A stretch of DNA of 64,000 bases from positions 12,944 to 76,943 of the forward strand of contig CAWGUL010000008.1 in the NCBI GenBank assembly GCA_963825905.1. The letters are read 5' to 3'. The DNA is from an uncultured Chloroflexia bacterium (GTDB lineage: Bacteria; Chloroflexota; Limnocylindria; QHBO01). The position numbers were made by a program, and so were the translations under genes. Below the pieces are notes generated by a model. The model saw nothing but the letters and a program-made list of their open reading frames with translations, searched no databases and had not been told where the DNA came from. The stretch's first letter is position 1, and each line of letters opens with the position of its first letter. Below, piece by piece: positions 25,639-33,361 of this stretch.

Positions 25639-26466
25639 TTAGGGGGCTGCTGGCGCTGGGAGTGCCGCCGCTGACGCGGGTGCTTCGGGCTCGACGGGCG
25701 CGGGCTCCTCGTCGTGCGCCTCTGTCGGAGAAGGCTCGACGGGTGGCGCAGCATCGGCGGCCGCGCCAACGGCCGACGACGCAATGCCGGATGCCGCCGC
25801 CGGCAACGTGGGCTCGGCGCTCGGCGCGCCCTCCTCCGCGACAGCGGCGACCGGCTCCGGCTCGGGCTCGGGTTCGGGCTCCGGCTCGGGCTCGGGTTCG
25901 GGCTCGGGTTCCGGCTCCGGCTCGGGCTCGGGCTCGGGCTCGGGTTCGGGCTCGGGTTCGGGCTCCGGTTCGGGCTCCGGCTCGGGCTCGGGCTCGGGCT
26001 CAGGCTCGGGCTCGGGTTCGGGCTCCGGCTCGGGCTCGGGCTCGGGCTCCGGCTCGCGCTGGGGTTCGGCAGCTCGCGACGGCTCCGGTATCGGCTCCGG
26101 CTCGCGCATCGGCTCGGGCTCGAAGCGCGGCTCGGCCGCCTGCTCGATCGCGTCGAGCTCCGCCGACCAGGCTGGCGGCGGGCCCGGCTCCGGGATCTCC
26201 GGCTCGCGAGCCCAGAACGGCACCGGGTCGCGCTCATACCCGGGGTCGTGGGCGGGCTCGTTCCAGGAAGGGTCGTCACGCCATGGCTCGGCCGGGCGCC
26301 ACTCGCCCTCGTCCTCGTTCGGGATGTCCCGGGGCGGCCAGGGCCAGTCGTCTTCCTGCCCCGACCCGGGATTCTCGGCGCGCGGCGTCAGGTCCGCCTC
26401 GGGCCAGGCGGATTGCGCTGGGTCGGTTCCTTCGGGCCGTGGCTCGCGATCGCGATCGTCGCTCAC
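25639..26466 (-). CDS. Acidic, Trp/Pro-rich protein containing an uninterrupted (Glu-Pro)34 repeat
   Basis: 275-aa ORF. The GTG start overlaps the EamA stop (GTGA at 26463-26466). No TM or known domain. Ends at a TAA, which is unusual in this GC context. Confidence 0.6.
   Translation of the reverse strand: MSDDRDREPRPEGTDPAQSAWPEADLTPRAENPGSGQEDDWPWPPRDIPNEDEGEWRPAEPWRDDPSWNEPAHDPGYERDPVPFWAREPEIPEPGPPPAWSAELDAIEQAAEPRFEPEPMREPEPIPEPSRAAEPQREPEPEPEPEPEPEPEPEPEPEPEPEPEPEPEPEPEPEPEPEPEPEPEPEPEPEPEPEPEPEPEPEPEPVAAVAEEGAPSAEPTLPAAASGIASSAVGAAADAAPPVEPSPTEAHDEEPAPVEPEAPASAAALPAPAAP
25852..26055. repeat. Hexanucleotide tandem repeat (ggctcN/ggttcg units, 34 copies) encoding (EP)34 on the minus strand
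   Basis: Directly visible 6-nt periodicity over 204 nt. The other frames give the (GS)n and (SP/SR)n artefact ORFs in the track. Confidence 0.95.
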
Positions 26467-27389
26467 TCGCCGGCCTCGCGCGGCACGCGGCTCACCCGCG
26501 GATCATAGCGAAGGGTGACGACCCCGATCCCGACGAGCACGAGCGCGGTGCCGATCGCCATCCGGATGTCGAAGGCCTCGTGCAGCAGGATGGTGCCGAG
26601 CGCCACGCCGACCACCGGGAAGAGGTAGGTGACCATGCTCGCCAGCGTCGCCCCGAGGTGCTCGATAAGGAAGAAGTAGCACAGGTACGCGATGAAGCTG
26701 CCCAGCAGGCCGAGCCAGAGCACGGCAATGACGCCGTCGCCGTGCGTCGGGATCCCGATCGGCCATTCACTGGCGAGGGCCAGGATCCAGAGGTAGAGCG
26801 CGGCGAAGACGAGCGTCCCACCGGCCACGACGTACCGATGCGTGGTCGTGATGCGGTGCTTCGCGTAGCTGGCACCCAGCGCGTACGAGCCGGCCGCGAC
26901 GACGACCGCCAGCGCGCCGATCACCCCCAGCGGATCTCCGCTCAGCGACAGCTCGCGGCTGGCGAGGATGGCGGCGCCGCCGAAGCCGAGCACCAGGCCG
27001 GTGACGCGCAGCGCGGTCACCGGCTCGGTCCGCAGCCAGATGCCGGCGATGATCAGGCTGAACAGCGGCACGAGCGAGTTGAGCACCGCGGCCGTCCCGG
27101 AGTCGACGTGCACCTCGCCCCAGCTGATGAGGAAGATGGGGATCCCCGCGTTGATGAGCCCCAGGATGGCGAGCGGGGCGAGCTCGCGCGGGCTCCGCGG
27201 CAGCCGGACGCGGCGGGTGACGAGGTAGAACCCCATCCCGATCGCCCCCAGCGTCATGCGTTCAGCCACGAGCGTGGCGGGGCCGATGTCGCGCAGCGCG
27301 ATCTTGATCCACAGGAACGACGAGCCCCAGATGAGCCCGAGGAGGAGGAAGACGGCCGGCGTCAGCCAGGTCGCGCGAGGTGCTGCCAC
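26463..27389 (-). CDS. EamA/DMT-superfamily transporter
   Basis: 308 aa, 10 predicted TM helices, duplicated EamA pattern ([17 protein letters not shown].., ..[24 protein letters not shown]). Confidence 0.85.
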   Translation of the reverse strand: MAAPRATWLTPAVFLLLGLIWGSSFLWIKIALRDIGPATLVAERMTLGAIGMGFYLVTRRVRLPRSPRELAPLAILGLINAGIPIFLISWGEVHVDSGTAAVLNSLVPLFSLIIAGIWLRTEPVTALRVTGLVLGFGGAAILASRELSLSGDPLGVIGALAVVVAAGSYALGASYAKHRITTTHRYVVAGGTLVFAALYLWILALASEWPIGIPTHGDGVIAVLWLGLLGSFIAYLCYFFLIEHLGATLASMVTYLFPVVGVALGTILLHEAFDIRMAIGTALVLVGIGVVTLRYDPRVSRVPREAGE

Positions 27390-27438
27390 GGCCCGAGTCT
27401 ACCAAGCACGCTGGATCGGACCGATGGGGCGGCCCGTC

Positions 27439-28477
27439 CTATGGCAGCGGCGTCTCCGCATCGGGCAGCCCGACCCGGGCGAGCACGGCCGCCGAGGGTG
27501 CCGCGACGCCAAGCCGCGTCGCAAGCCACGCGGCGCGGTCCGCGGTGGCCGCCGCATCGAGGGTGTGTCCGGCGGGATAGCGCTTCACCGTCGCGTCTGC
27601 TGGTGCCGCGGCGACGAACTCGTCGACGGCGGCCGGGACGACGACGTCGTCCTGGGTGCCGAACTGCAGGAGGAGCTCGCTGCCCGTGGTGCGAGGCAGC
27701 CACGCCACCGGGTCGAAGGGCGCGAGCGCGGCGAGGTAGGCGGCCCACTTCTGCGGGCCGAGCATCTTCGAGATCGACGACAGGCGGCCGCGCTCCTCCG
27801 AGCGGACGTATTCCGTCCACGACGGTCGCCCGGTGATGAGGACGAAGGCGACCGGCCGCGGGTCGACGGCGGCGAGGATGGCGCCAGTCGATGCGCCCCA
27901 CGAGTGGCCGACGAACCCGACCCGTCCTGGCGTCCACGTGCGCGCTGGCGACGAGGATGTCGACCGCCACCCGCAGATCGACGACCGACTGCTCCATCAT
28001 CGCGACCTCCTTGTCGGGCGCGAAGTAGTTGCCGGCCTCGGTCGTCCGCGAAGCGCCCGCACGAACGAACGGCGCGTCGAGCGTGATCGAGGCGACGCCC
28101 ACCGTCGCCATCGCCATCGCCTCGTCCAGGAAGTCGTCGCGATCGGTCTCTGAGCCGTGGAGGTAGACGAGGCCGGCGAAGGGACCATCCCCCGCGGGGG
28201 TGACGAGCCAGCCGCTGGCGGTGCCGCCGCGCGGGCTCGGAAAGCGGAGATCCTGGACGGTCGTGCCGTCTGCCAGCGTGGCCTGCGGCGCGAGGCTCGG
28301 CTGCACGCTCCCCGCCGCGTAATCGAATCTCACGGACGCGGACGATGACCCGCTCGGCACGCCGGAGCGGCTAGCATCGGTCCCGACGCCGCCACAGGCG
28401 GCGAGGAGCGCGACGGTGATCAGGGCGGGCACAAGGCCGCGAGCAACGGGGCGCACGATTGGTGGAAAATAGTCCAT
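27439..28477 (-). pseudogene. Alpha/beta hydrolase (dienelactone-hydrolase/S9-like) lipoprotein gene interrupted by a frameshift near 27900-27910
   Basis: The N-terminal frame has lipobox ALITVALLAACGG and ..GLVYLHGSETDRDDF..VDLRVAVDILVASAHVDA. My translation of the next frame continues GRVGFVGHSWGASTGAILAAVDPRPVAFVLITG.. (GxSxG elbow) into track ORF 27439-27765 (..LLLQFGTQDDVVVP..YPAGHTL). Confidence 0.75.
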
Positions 28478-28479
28478 CG

Positions 28480-29004
28480 ATGGAGAAGAGTCAACCGTCC
28501 CCGTCCCTGGAGCCGCGGGATGCGACCCCGGCCGAGGCGCGCGCATTGTCGCATCCGCTGCGGCTCCGGATCCTGCGCCTGTGCATCGACACCGCCCTCA
28601 CGAACCGAGAGCTCGCCGCCCGGCTCGAGCGTGACCCCGGCACGATCCTCTACCACGTCCGGCAGCTCGTCCGGCTCGGCTTCCTCGCCGCCGAGCCGGT
28701 GCGGCGCGGAGCGTCCGGCCACCTGGAGCGGCCGTACCGCATCACCGGCAAGTCATGGACGCTGCGGGTGACGAAGTCCGGAACGTGGGCGACCTCCGTC
28801 CTCGACGCCACCCGCGCCGAGCTCGTCGAGGCCGGTCGCCGCTCCACGATCGGCCTCCACCGTCTTGGCGTCCGCCTGACCGATGCCGACGCCGCGCTGC
28901 TCAAGCGGCGGCTCACCGAGCTGGCGGACGAATTCGCGGAGCGCGACGACGCGAACGGCCAGCCCATCTCGCTCCTCCTCCTCGCGCACCGCCGCCGCGA
29001 GTAA
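28480..29004 (+). CDS. ArsR-family winged-helix transcriptional regulator
   Basis: ARALSHPLRLRILRLCIDTALTNRELAARLERDPGTILYHVRQLVRLGFL. ATG at 28480 preferred over GTG at 28459. Confidence 0.75.
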   Translation: MEKSQPSPSLEPRDATPAEARALSHPLRLRILRLCIDTALTNRELAARLERDPGTILYHVRQLVRLGFLAAEPVRRGASGHLERPYRITGKSWTLRVTKSGTWATSVLDATRAELVEAGRRSTIGLHRLGVRLTDADAALLKRRLTELADEFAERDDANGQPISLLLLAHRRRE

Positions 29005-29014
29005 CATCGCGGCC

Positions 29015-29896
29015 ATGACGATTCGCGTCGCCGCCTGCCAGATCGACCCGCAGATCGGCGAGGTCGAGGAGAACCTGGCCCGGATCGAGCGCGCCGTGAC
29101 CGAGGCCGCGAGCGCCGGCGCCAAGCTCGCCGTGGTGCCCGAGGCGGCGGTCACCGGCTACGCCTTCGCATCGCTCGACGAGGCGCGCCCGGTCGCGCGC
29201 CGAGCATCCGTCCTCGCCACCGACCGACTGCGGGCGATGAGCGCGGCGCACAGGATCACGGTCATCGCCGGCACCCTCGAGGCGGAGGGCGACGCCGTTT
29301 ACAACACGGCGATCCTGACCGCGCCGGATGGGCAGCAGCTCACCTACCGCAAGATGCACCTCCCGTTCCTGGGGGTGGACCGCTTCGCGACGCCGGGGCC
29401 CGAGCCGCCGTGGGTGGTCGAGGTCGGCGGCATGCGGGTCGGGGTGCTCATCTGCTACGACCTCCGCTTCCCCGAGGCGGCGCGCGTCTGCGGGCTCGAG
29501 GGCGCGGACCTCATCTGCCTGCCCACGAACTGGCCAATCGGGGTCGCGTTCCATCCCGACCTCTTCGCGCCGGCCCGCGCCGCGGAGAATCATTGCTACC
29601 TCCTCGCCGCGGACCGCGTCGGCACGGAGCGCGGGACGACGTTCATGGGCCGTTCCGTGTTCGTCGACCCGGACGGGGAGCTGCTGGCGGTCGCCTCCGA
29701 CACGGACGAGGAGCTGCTGCTGGGCGAGGTCGACGTCGATCGTGCGCGCCGGACGCACGTGCGGCGCCGACCCGGCGAGCACGAGTGGGACACGATCGCG
29801 GACCGCCGGCCCGGCCTTTACGCGCGGCTCGGCGAGCCGGGTGTCGACCGCCTCCACCAGCCGGTGCCCGGAGTGTTGACCGACCTCGAGGACTAG
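29015..29896 (+). CDS. Carbon-nitrogen hydrolase (nitrilase superfamily)
   Basis: From ATG at 29015: catalytic triad context LAVVPEAAVTGY (Glu), YRKMHLP (Lys), VLICYDLRFPE (Cys). Confidence 0.85.
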   Translation: MTIRVAACQIDPQIGEVEENLARIERAVTEAASAGAKLAVVPEAAVTGYAFASLDEARPVARRASVLATDRLRAMSAAHRITVIAGTLEAEGDAVYNTAILTAPDGQQLTYRKMHLPFLGVDRFATPGPEPPWVVEVGGMRVGVLICYDLRFPEAARVCGLEGADLICLPTNWPIGVAFHPDLFAPARAAENHCYLLAADRVGTERGTTFMGRSVFVDPDGELLAVASDTDEELLLGEVDVDRARRTHVRRRPGEHEWDTIADRRPGLYARLGEPGVDRLHQPVPGVLTDLED

Positions 29897-30870
29897 TCCT
29901 CGATCGCGCGCACGGCGACGTCGCGCCCCGGCCGCAGCTCGCGCTCGAGCTGATCGTAGGACTCGGCCACGTGCATCCCGACCGCCTCGTACAGGCGCGT
30001 GGCGCCGGTGAGCGAGCTCGCATCCACTCCCAGCGCAACCGTGGGCTGTCCGCGCTCCCAGAAGGCCGCGAAAGACCGATGGAGCAGCGCCTTCGCCAGC
30101 CCGATGCGTCGATAGGGCCGTCGAACCGAGAGGCTGCCGATCCAGCCCGTGTTCGGGATCACGTTGCAGAGCGAGGTGCCGCAGATCTCTTCGCCGCGCA
30201 CGGCGAGGAACCACAGGCTGGGGTCGAAGTCCGGCCGCTCCAGGCGACGTCGCCAGTCCTCGTACTCCATCGGGAGGAAGCCCCAGTGGTCGGCGAAGGC
30301 ATCCTGGACCGCGTCGAACGTGGCGCGGTCGTCGAGGCCGGGGCGGATCGTCCGGATCTCAATCCCGTCCGGCAGCAAGGGCGCAGGTGGCGCCTCGGTC
30401 ATGTCGATCCGCATCCGGAAATAGCGGCGGCTGACCCGGAAGCCGTGGTGGGCGGCGAAGGCGAGGCCCGGCTCCCAGCCGCCCTTCGTGAAGCCCTGGA
30501 GGACGATGCGCGTATCGCCGGGCGCGGCCGCCATCCGCTCGCGCGCTCGGTCGAGGATGCGCTGCATGATCAGCGAGCCGAGCCCCCGGCGCCGCCAGGC
30601 GGGGTGGACGCAGAGGTTGAGCCGGAACTCGACGTCGGCGCGGAGCATGACGTCCCCCGTGCCGACGAGCGTCTCGCCATCCAGGAGGTGCCAGGCGTCG
30701 CGCTCGAGGTCGAGCGTGGACCACTCCTGGCGCACGTCCTCGGCCTCGAGGTCGGCGACCCCGAAGTCGTGCTCGTCGACGAGGTTGACGAGCGCCGTCA
30801 CCGCCTCAGCGTCCCCCATCAGCGGAGCGCGCAGGCGGAGGCCCGGATTGGCTGCCAGGAGATCGGTCAT
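29893..30870 (-). CDS. Two-domain GNAT N-acetyltransferase (MshD-like architecture)
   Basis: From ATG at 30870: first GNAT LCVHPAWRRRGLGSLIM, linker LPDGIEIRTIRPG, second GNAT LSVRRPYRRIGLAKALL. The mycothiol synthase assignment rests on architecture only. Confidence 0.7.
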   Translation of the reverse strand: MTDLLAANPGLRLRAPLMGDAEAVTALVNLVDEHDFGVADLEAEDVRQEWSTLDLERDAWHLLDGETLVGTGDVMLRADVEFRLNLCVHPAWRRRGLGSLIMQRILDRARERMAAAPGDTRIVLQGFTKGGWEPGLAFAAHHGFRVSRRYFRMRIDMTEAPPAPLLPDGIEIRTIRPGLDDRATFDAVQDAFADHWGFLPMEYEDWRRRLERPDFDPSLWFLAVRGEEICGTSLCNVIPNTGWIGSLSVRRPYRRIGLAKALLHRSFAAFWERGQPTVALGVDASSLTGATRLYEAVGMHVAESYDQLERELRPGRDVAVRAIED

Positions 30871-30898
30871 GGCGTGCGTCCCCCGCCGGCCCGGCCGG

Positions 30899-31102
30899 CT
30901 ACTCGGAGGCGGCCCACATGATGAGGCCCACCGTGATGACACCACCGACCAGGCCCACGAAGGCGGCCGCGCCGTCCGGTCCGGAGCCGCGCACGGTGGG
31001 AGCGACGACGTTGATGACCGCCAGCCCGATCGACATGAATCCGAGCCAGAGGATGGTGGCGATCGTCGCGATCAGGGCGCGCTTGCCGCGATCACGCGTC
31101 AT
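30899..31102 (-). CDS. Small hypothetical membrane protein (67 aa, 2 TM)
   Basis: MTRDRGKRALIATIATILWLGFMSIGLAVINVV..AAAFVGLVGGVITVGLIMWAASE from the internal ATG at 31102. Confidence 0.45.
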   Translation of the reverse strand: MTRDRGKRALIATIATILWLGFMSIGLAVINVVAPTVRGSGPDGAAAFVGLVGGVITVGLIMWAASE

Positions 31103-31160
31103 TCGAATCCTCCGCTCTCGTGGTGGGGCCGTGGGCGTTGGCGCATCGTAGCAAATCGCC

Positions 31161-31916
31161 TCACGCGCCGGCCGCGGCGGCAAGGCGCGCCCGCTCCGGC
31201 ACGCGGTGGAAGAGCGTCGGATCGCCGCGGCCGTCGAGGACGCGGAGCTTGGCGGCCGCCACCAGGCCGAGCGTGACGTCGCTGGCGCCACCGACAGCGC
31301 GCAGGGTCATGGTGCCGACGTGGTCGGCGACCTCGAGGACGGAGAAGGCGCGCCCGGGACGGACGTCGTTCTGCTGGAGAAAGGTCAGCAGGCGCGCGTC
31401 CTCCTCCGCCTCCTCGGTGACGCGGAGGATCGTCACCTCGCTGCCTGCCGCCGCCTCGCTGAGCGGCACGCCGGCGGGGCGCACCGGCGTCACCCCGCCG
31501 CGCGGGATGGGGTTGCCGTGCGGGCAGGTCGGTGGGCGGCCCAGCAGGTCGTCGATCTTGTCGGTGACCCGCTCCGACAGGGCATGCTGGAGGTGGTGCG
31601 CCTCCTCGTCGGCCTCTGCCCAGCCGAGCCCCACCACCTCGGTGAGGAGCCACTCGGCAAGCGCATGGCGGCGGAACGTGCGCTCGGCGGCGCTGCGGCC
31701 GTCATCGGTCAGGCGGAGCTGGCGCGAGGGCTCGTCGACGATGAGCATCCCCTCGCGCACGAGGCGCGTCACCATCTCGCTGACGGTGGCTGCGCTCACC
31801 CCGAGCCGCTCCGCCAGCCGCGCGGCGATCACCGGCTGCCCCTCGCCGTGCATGTAGCGGATCGTCATGAGGTACTCGGCGGCCGCCTCGGTCGTCTCGC
31901 GCTGGTTCGTGACCAT
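31161..31916 (-). CDS. DtxR/IdeR/MntR-family metal-dependent transcriptional regulator with a C-terminal FeoA/SH3-like domain
   Basis: EYLMTIRYMHGEGQPVIAARLAERLGVSAATVSEMVTRLVREGML.., RRHALAEWLL.., CPHGNPIP. Confidence 0.85.
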   Translation of the reverse strand: MVTNQRETTEAAAEYLMTIRYMHGEGQPVIAARLAERLGVSAATVSEMVTRLVREGMLIVDEPSRQLRLTDDGRSAAERTFRRHALAEWLLTEVVGLGWAEADEEAHHLQHALSERVTDKIDDLLGRPPTCPHGNPIPRGGVTPVRPAGVPLSEAAAGSEVTILRVTEEAEEDARLLTFLQQNDVRPGRAFSVLEVADHVGTMTLRAVGGASDVTLGLVAAAKLRVLDGRGDPTLFHRVPERARLAAAAGA

Positions 31917-31925
31917 GAGCCGATT

Positions 31926-32696
31926 CTAGCCGCGCTCCGCGGCCCGGAGCTCCACCCGGCGGCCGCCCGCGCCGACGACCACGCGCCGCTCCCCGAGGAC
32001 TCGCCATCCATCGGTCCCGACGCAGAGGCCGGTCATGCCATCGACGCCGAGCAGGTAGCTGCCGGCCGGTGCGCCGAGCGTCGCCAGCCTGCCGAAGCGG
32101 CCGAAGAACTCGTCGAAATGCGGCAGCACGATCGCGTCCGGCACGAGCCCGAACCCCGGCTCCCGGCTCGTCATGTTCGGGAACGACGGGATGTGCGCAC
32201 CCATGATCATCGCGCCGGCAGAGCAGCCGGCCACGACCCCGCCCCGCGCCAGGACGCGGAGGATCCCCGTCCAGGCCGGCGTGTCGCGCAGGCTCGCCAT
32301 CAGGTGCGGCGGCTTGCCGCCGGAGAGGTACACGAGGTCCGCACCGCCGATGACGTCGGCGAGCTCCGGCTCGTCGGCCGTGCCACGATCGATGACCCGC
32401 AGCGCCAACGCGTCGGCGTCGAGCGAGCGGAAGTGCTCGATCCCCGCGCTCATCCAGCGCGCGACCACCTCCTCGCCTTCCGTGCCGGCCGCGGTCGGGA
32501 GGCAGACGACGACCGGCGCCCGTCCCTCGCGAGCCGCCGGCGTGAGCGCGAGGAGCGCCACATCGACCGGCTTCATCGGCGGCAGGTACTCACCCGCTCC
32601 GACGAGGCACAGGTGGCCCGGGCCGACCTCGGCCGCGACCCGGATCGGCAGGTCCGCATCCCGCATCACGCGCGGAGTGTGCCCGATGCACCACAT
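31926..32696 (-). CDS. Peptidase S51 / cyanophycinase-like (type 1 glutamine amidotransferase-like fold)
   Basis: LVYLSGGKPPHL and GVVAGCSAGAMIMG (nucleophile Ser context). Start uncertain (32696 or ATG at 32666). Confidence 0.65.
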   Translation of the reverse strand: MWCIGHTPRVMRDADLPIRVAAEVGPGHLCLVGAGEYLPPMKPVDVALLALTPAAREGRAPVVVCLPTAAGTEGEEVVARWMSAGIEHFRSLDADALALRVIDRGTADEPELADVIGGADLVYLSGGKPPHLMASLRDTPAWTGILRVLARGGVVAGCSAGAMIMGAHIPSFPNMTSREPGFGLVPDAIVLPHFDEFFGRFGRLATLGAPAGSYLLGVDGMTGLCVGTDGWRVLGERRVVVGAGGRRVELRAAERG

Positions 32697-32818
32697 CGAG
32701 CGCTTGCTCGCCCTTGACCGAATGGCATCGGCCTTCCTAGCATGCGGCGCAGCGCTGGCCCGGCGCCGGGCACGGCCCGACGTTTCTCGAGTGGTGCGGC
32801 GCGACGGAGGTTCCGACC

Positions 32819-33316
32819 ATGCGGCGCGCCCATTCCCTGGTCCCGGCAGCCCTCCTCATGCTTCTCGTGGCCTGCAACGGGCCGGGGTCGAGCGCCTCCG
32901 CCTCGTCCGGCGGTGGCGACCAGCAGAGCGACTCGGGCGCCGCCAGCACGAGTGCCAGCGCCAGTGCCAGCGCGAGCTCCGGTGGCGGTGGCGGCGGCGG
33001 CAGCGACGACCTGGCCACGATCGCCACGAACCTGGCCCCGCAGAACGGCACCGAGATCGGACGCTACTCCGCGTCGGGTGCGCTCGTCGTGAACTGGTCG
33101 AGCACCGACTCGGTCGATTCGCTGAAGTCGTACTACGACGGCAAGCTCAGCTCGCTGGGCCTGGGTGTCCTGTCCACGACTGACGTCCAGGGGACCCATG
33201 GCTGGGTGTTCGGCAACGCCGACAACAGCGCCGTCTCGGGCGCGCTGACCCTCGCCCCGGACTCCTCGAGTGGCGGCGCGACGCTGGTCTCGCTCACGGT
33301 CGGCGTGCGCCCGTAG
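32819..33316 (+). CDS. Hypothetical lipoprotein with a Ser/Ala/Gly-rich linker
   Basis: Signal and lipobox MRRAHSLVPAALLMLLVAC, then low-complexity SASASASASSGGGGGGGS, then a roughly 100-aa globular region. Confidence 0.6.
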   Translation: MRRAHSLVPAALLMLLVACNGPGSSASASSGGGDQQSDSGAASTSASASASASSGGGGGGGSDDLATIATNLAPQNGTEIGRYSASGALVVNWSSTDSVDSLKSYYDGKLSSLGLGVLSTTDVQGTHGWVFGNADNSAVSGALTLAPDSSSGGATLVSLTVGVRP

Positions 33317-33332
33317 CGCAGCGGGCCGCGAC

Positions 33333-33361
33333 GGAAGGGCGAGGCTACTCCTCGCCCTTCC
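33333..33361. terminator. Perfect 12-bp stem / 5-nt loop hairpin between convergent genes (bidirectional terminator candidate)
   Basis: ggaagggcgagg-ctact-cctcgcccttcc. The loop contains the acs stop codon (cta at 33345-33347). Confidence 0.55.

Noticed and set aside
25852-26055. Possible CRISPR array or minisatellite
   Set aside because: The period is 6 nt with no unique spacers, it lies inside an ORF, and no cas genes are present. It is a coding low-complexity repeat.
25784-26518. (Gly-Ser)n protein on the plus strand and (Ser-Pro/Arg)n protein in ORF 23961-26279 (-)
   Set aside because: These are the same hexanucleotide repeat read in other frames or on the other strand. Only the EP frame has a start coupled to the upstream gene (GTGA) and non-repetitive protein-like flanks.
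24831-27836. 1001-aa ORF on the plus strand spanning the repeat region
   Set aside because: It runs antisense to four supported minus-strand genes (the PD40 protein, the EP protein, EamA and the hydrolase). The sequence is dominated by Arg/Ala/Pro runs. I saw no domain signatures.
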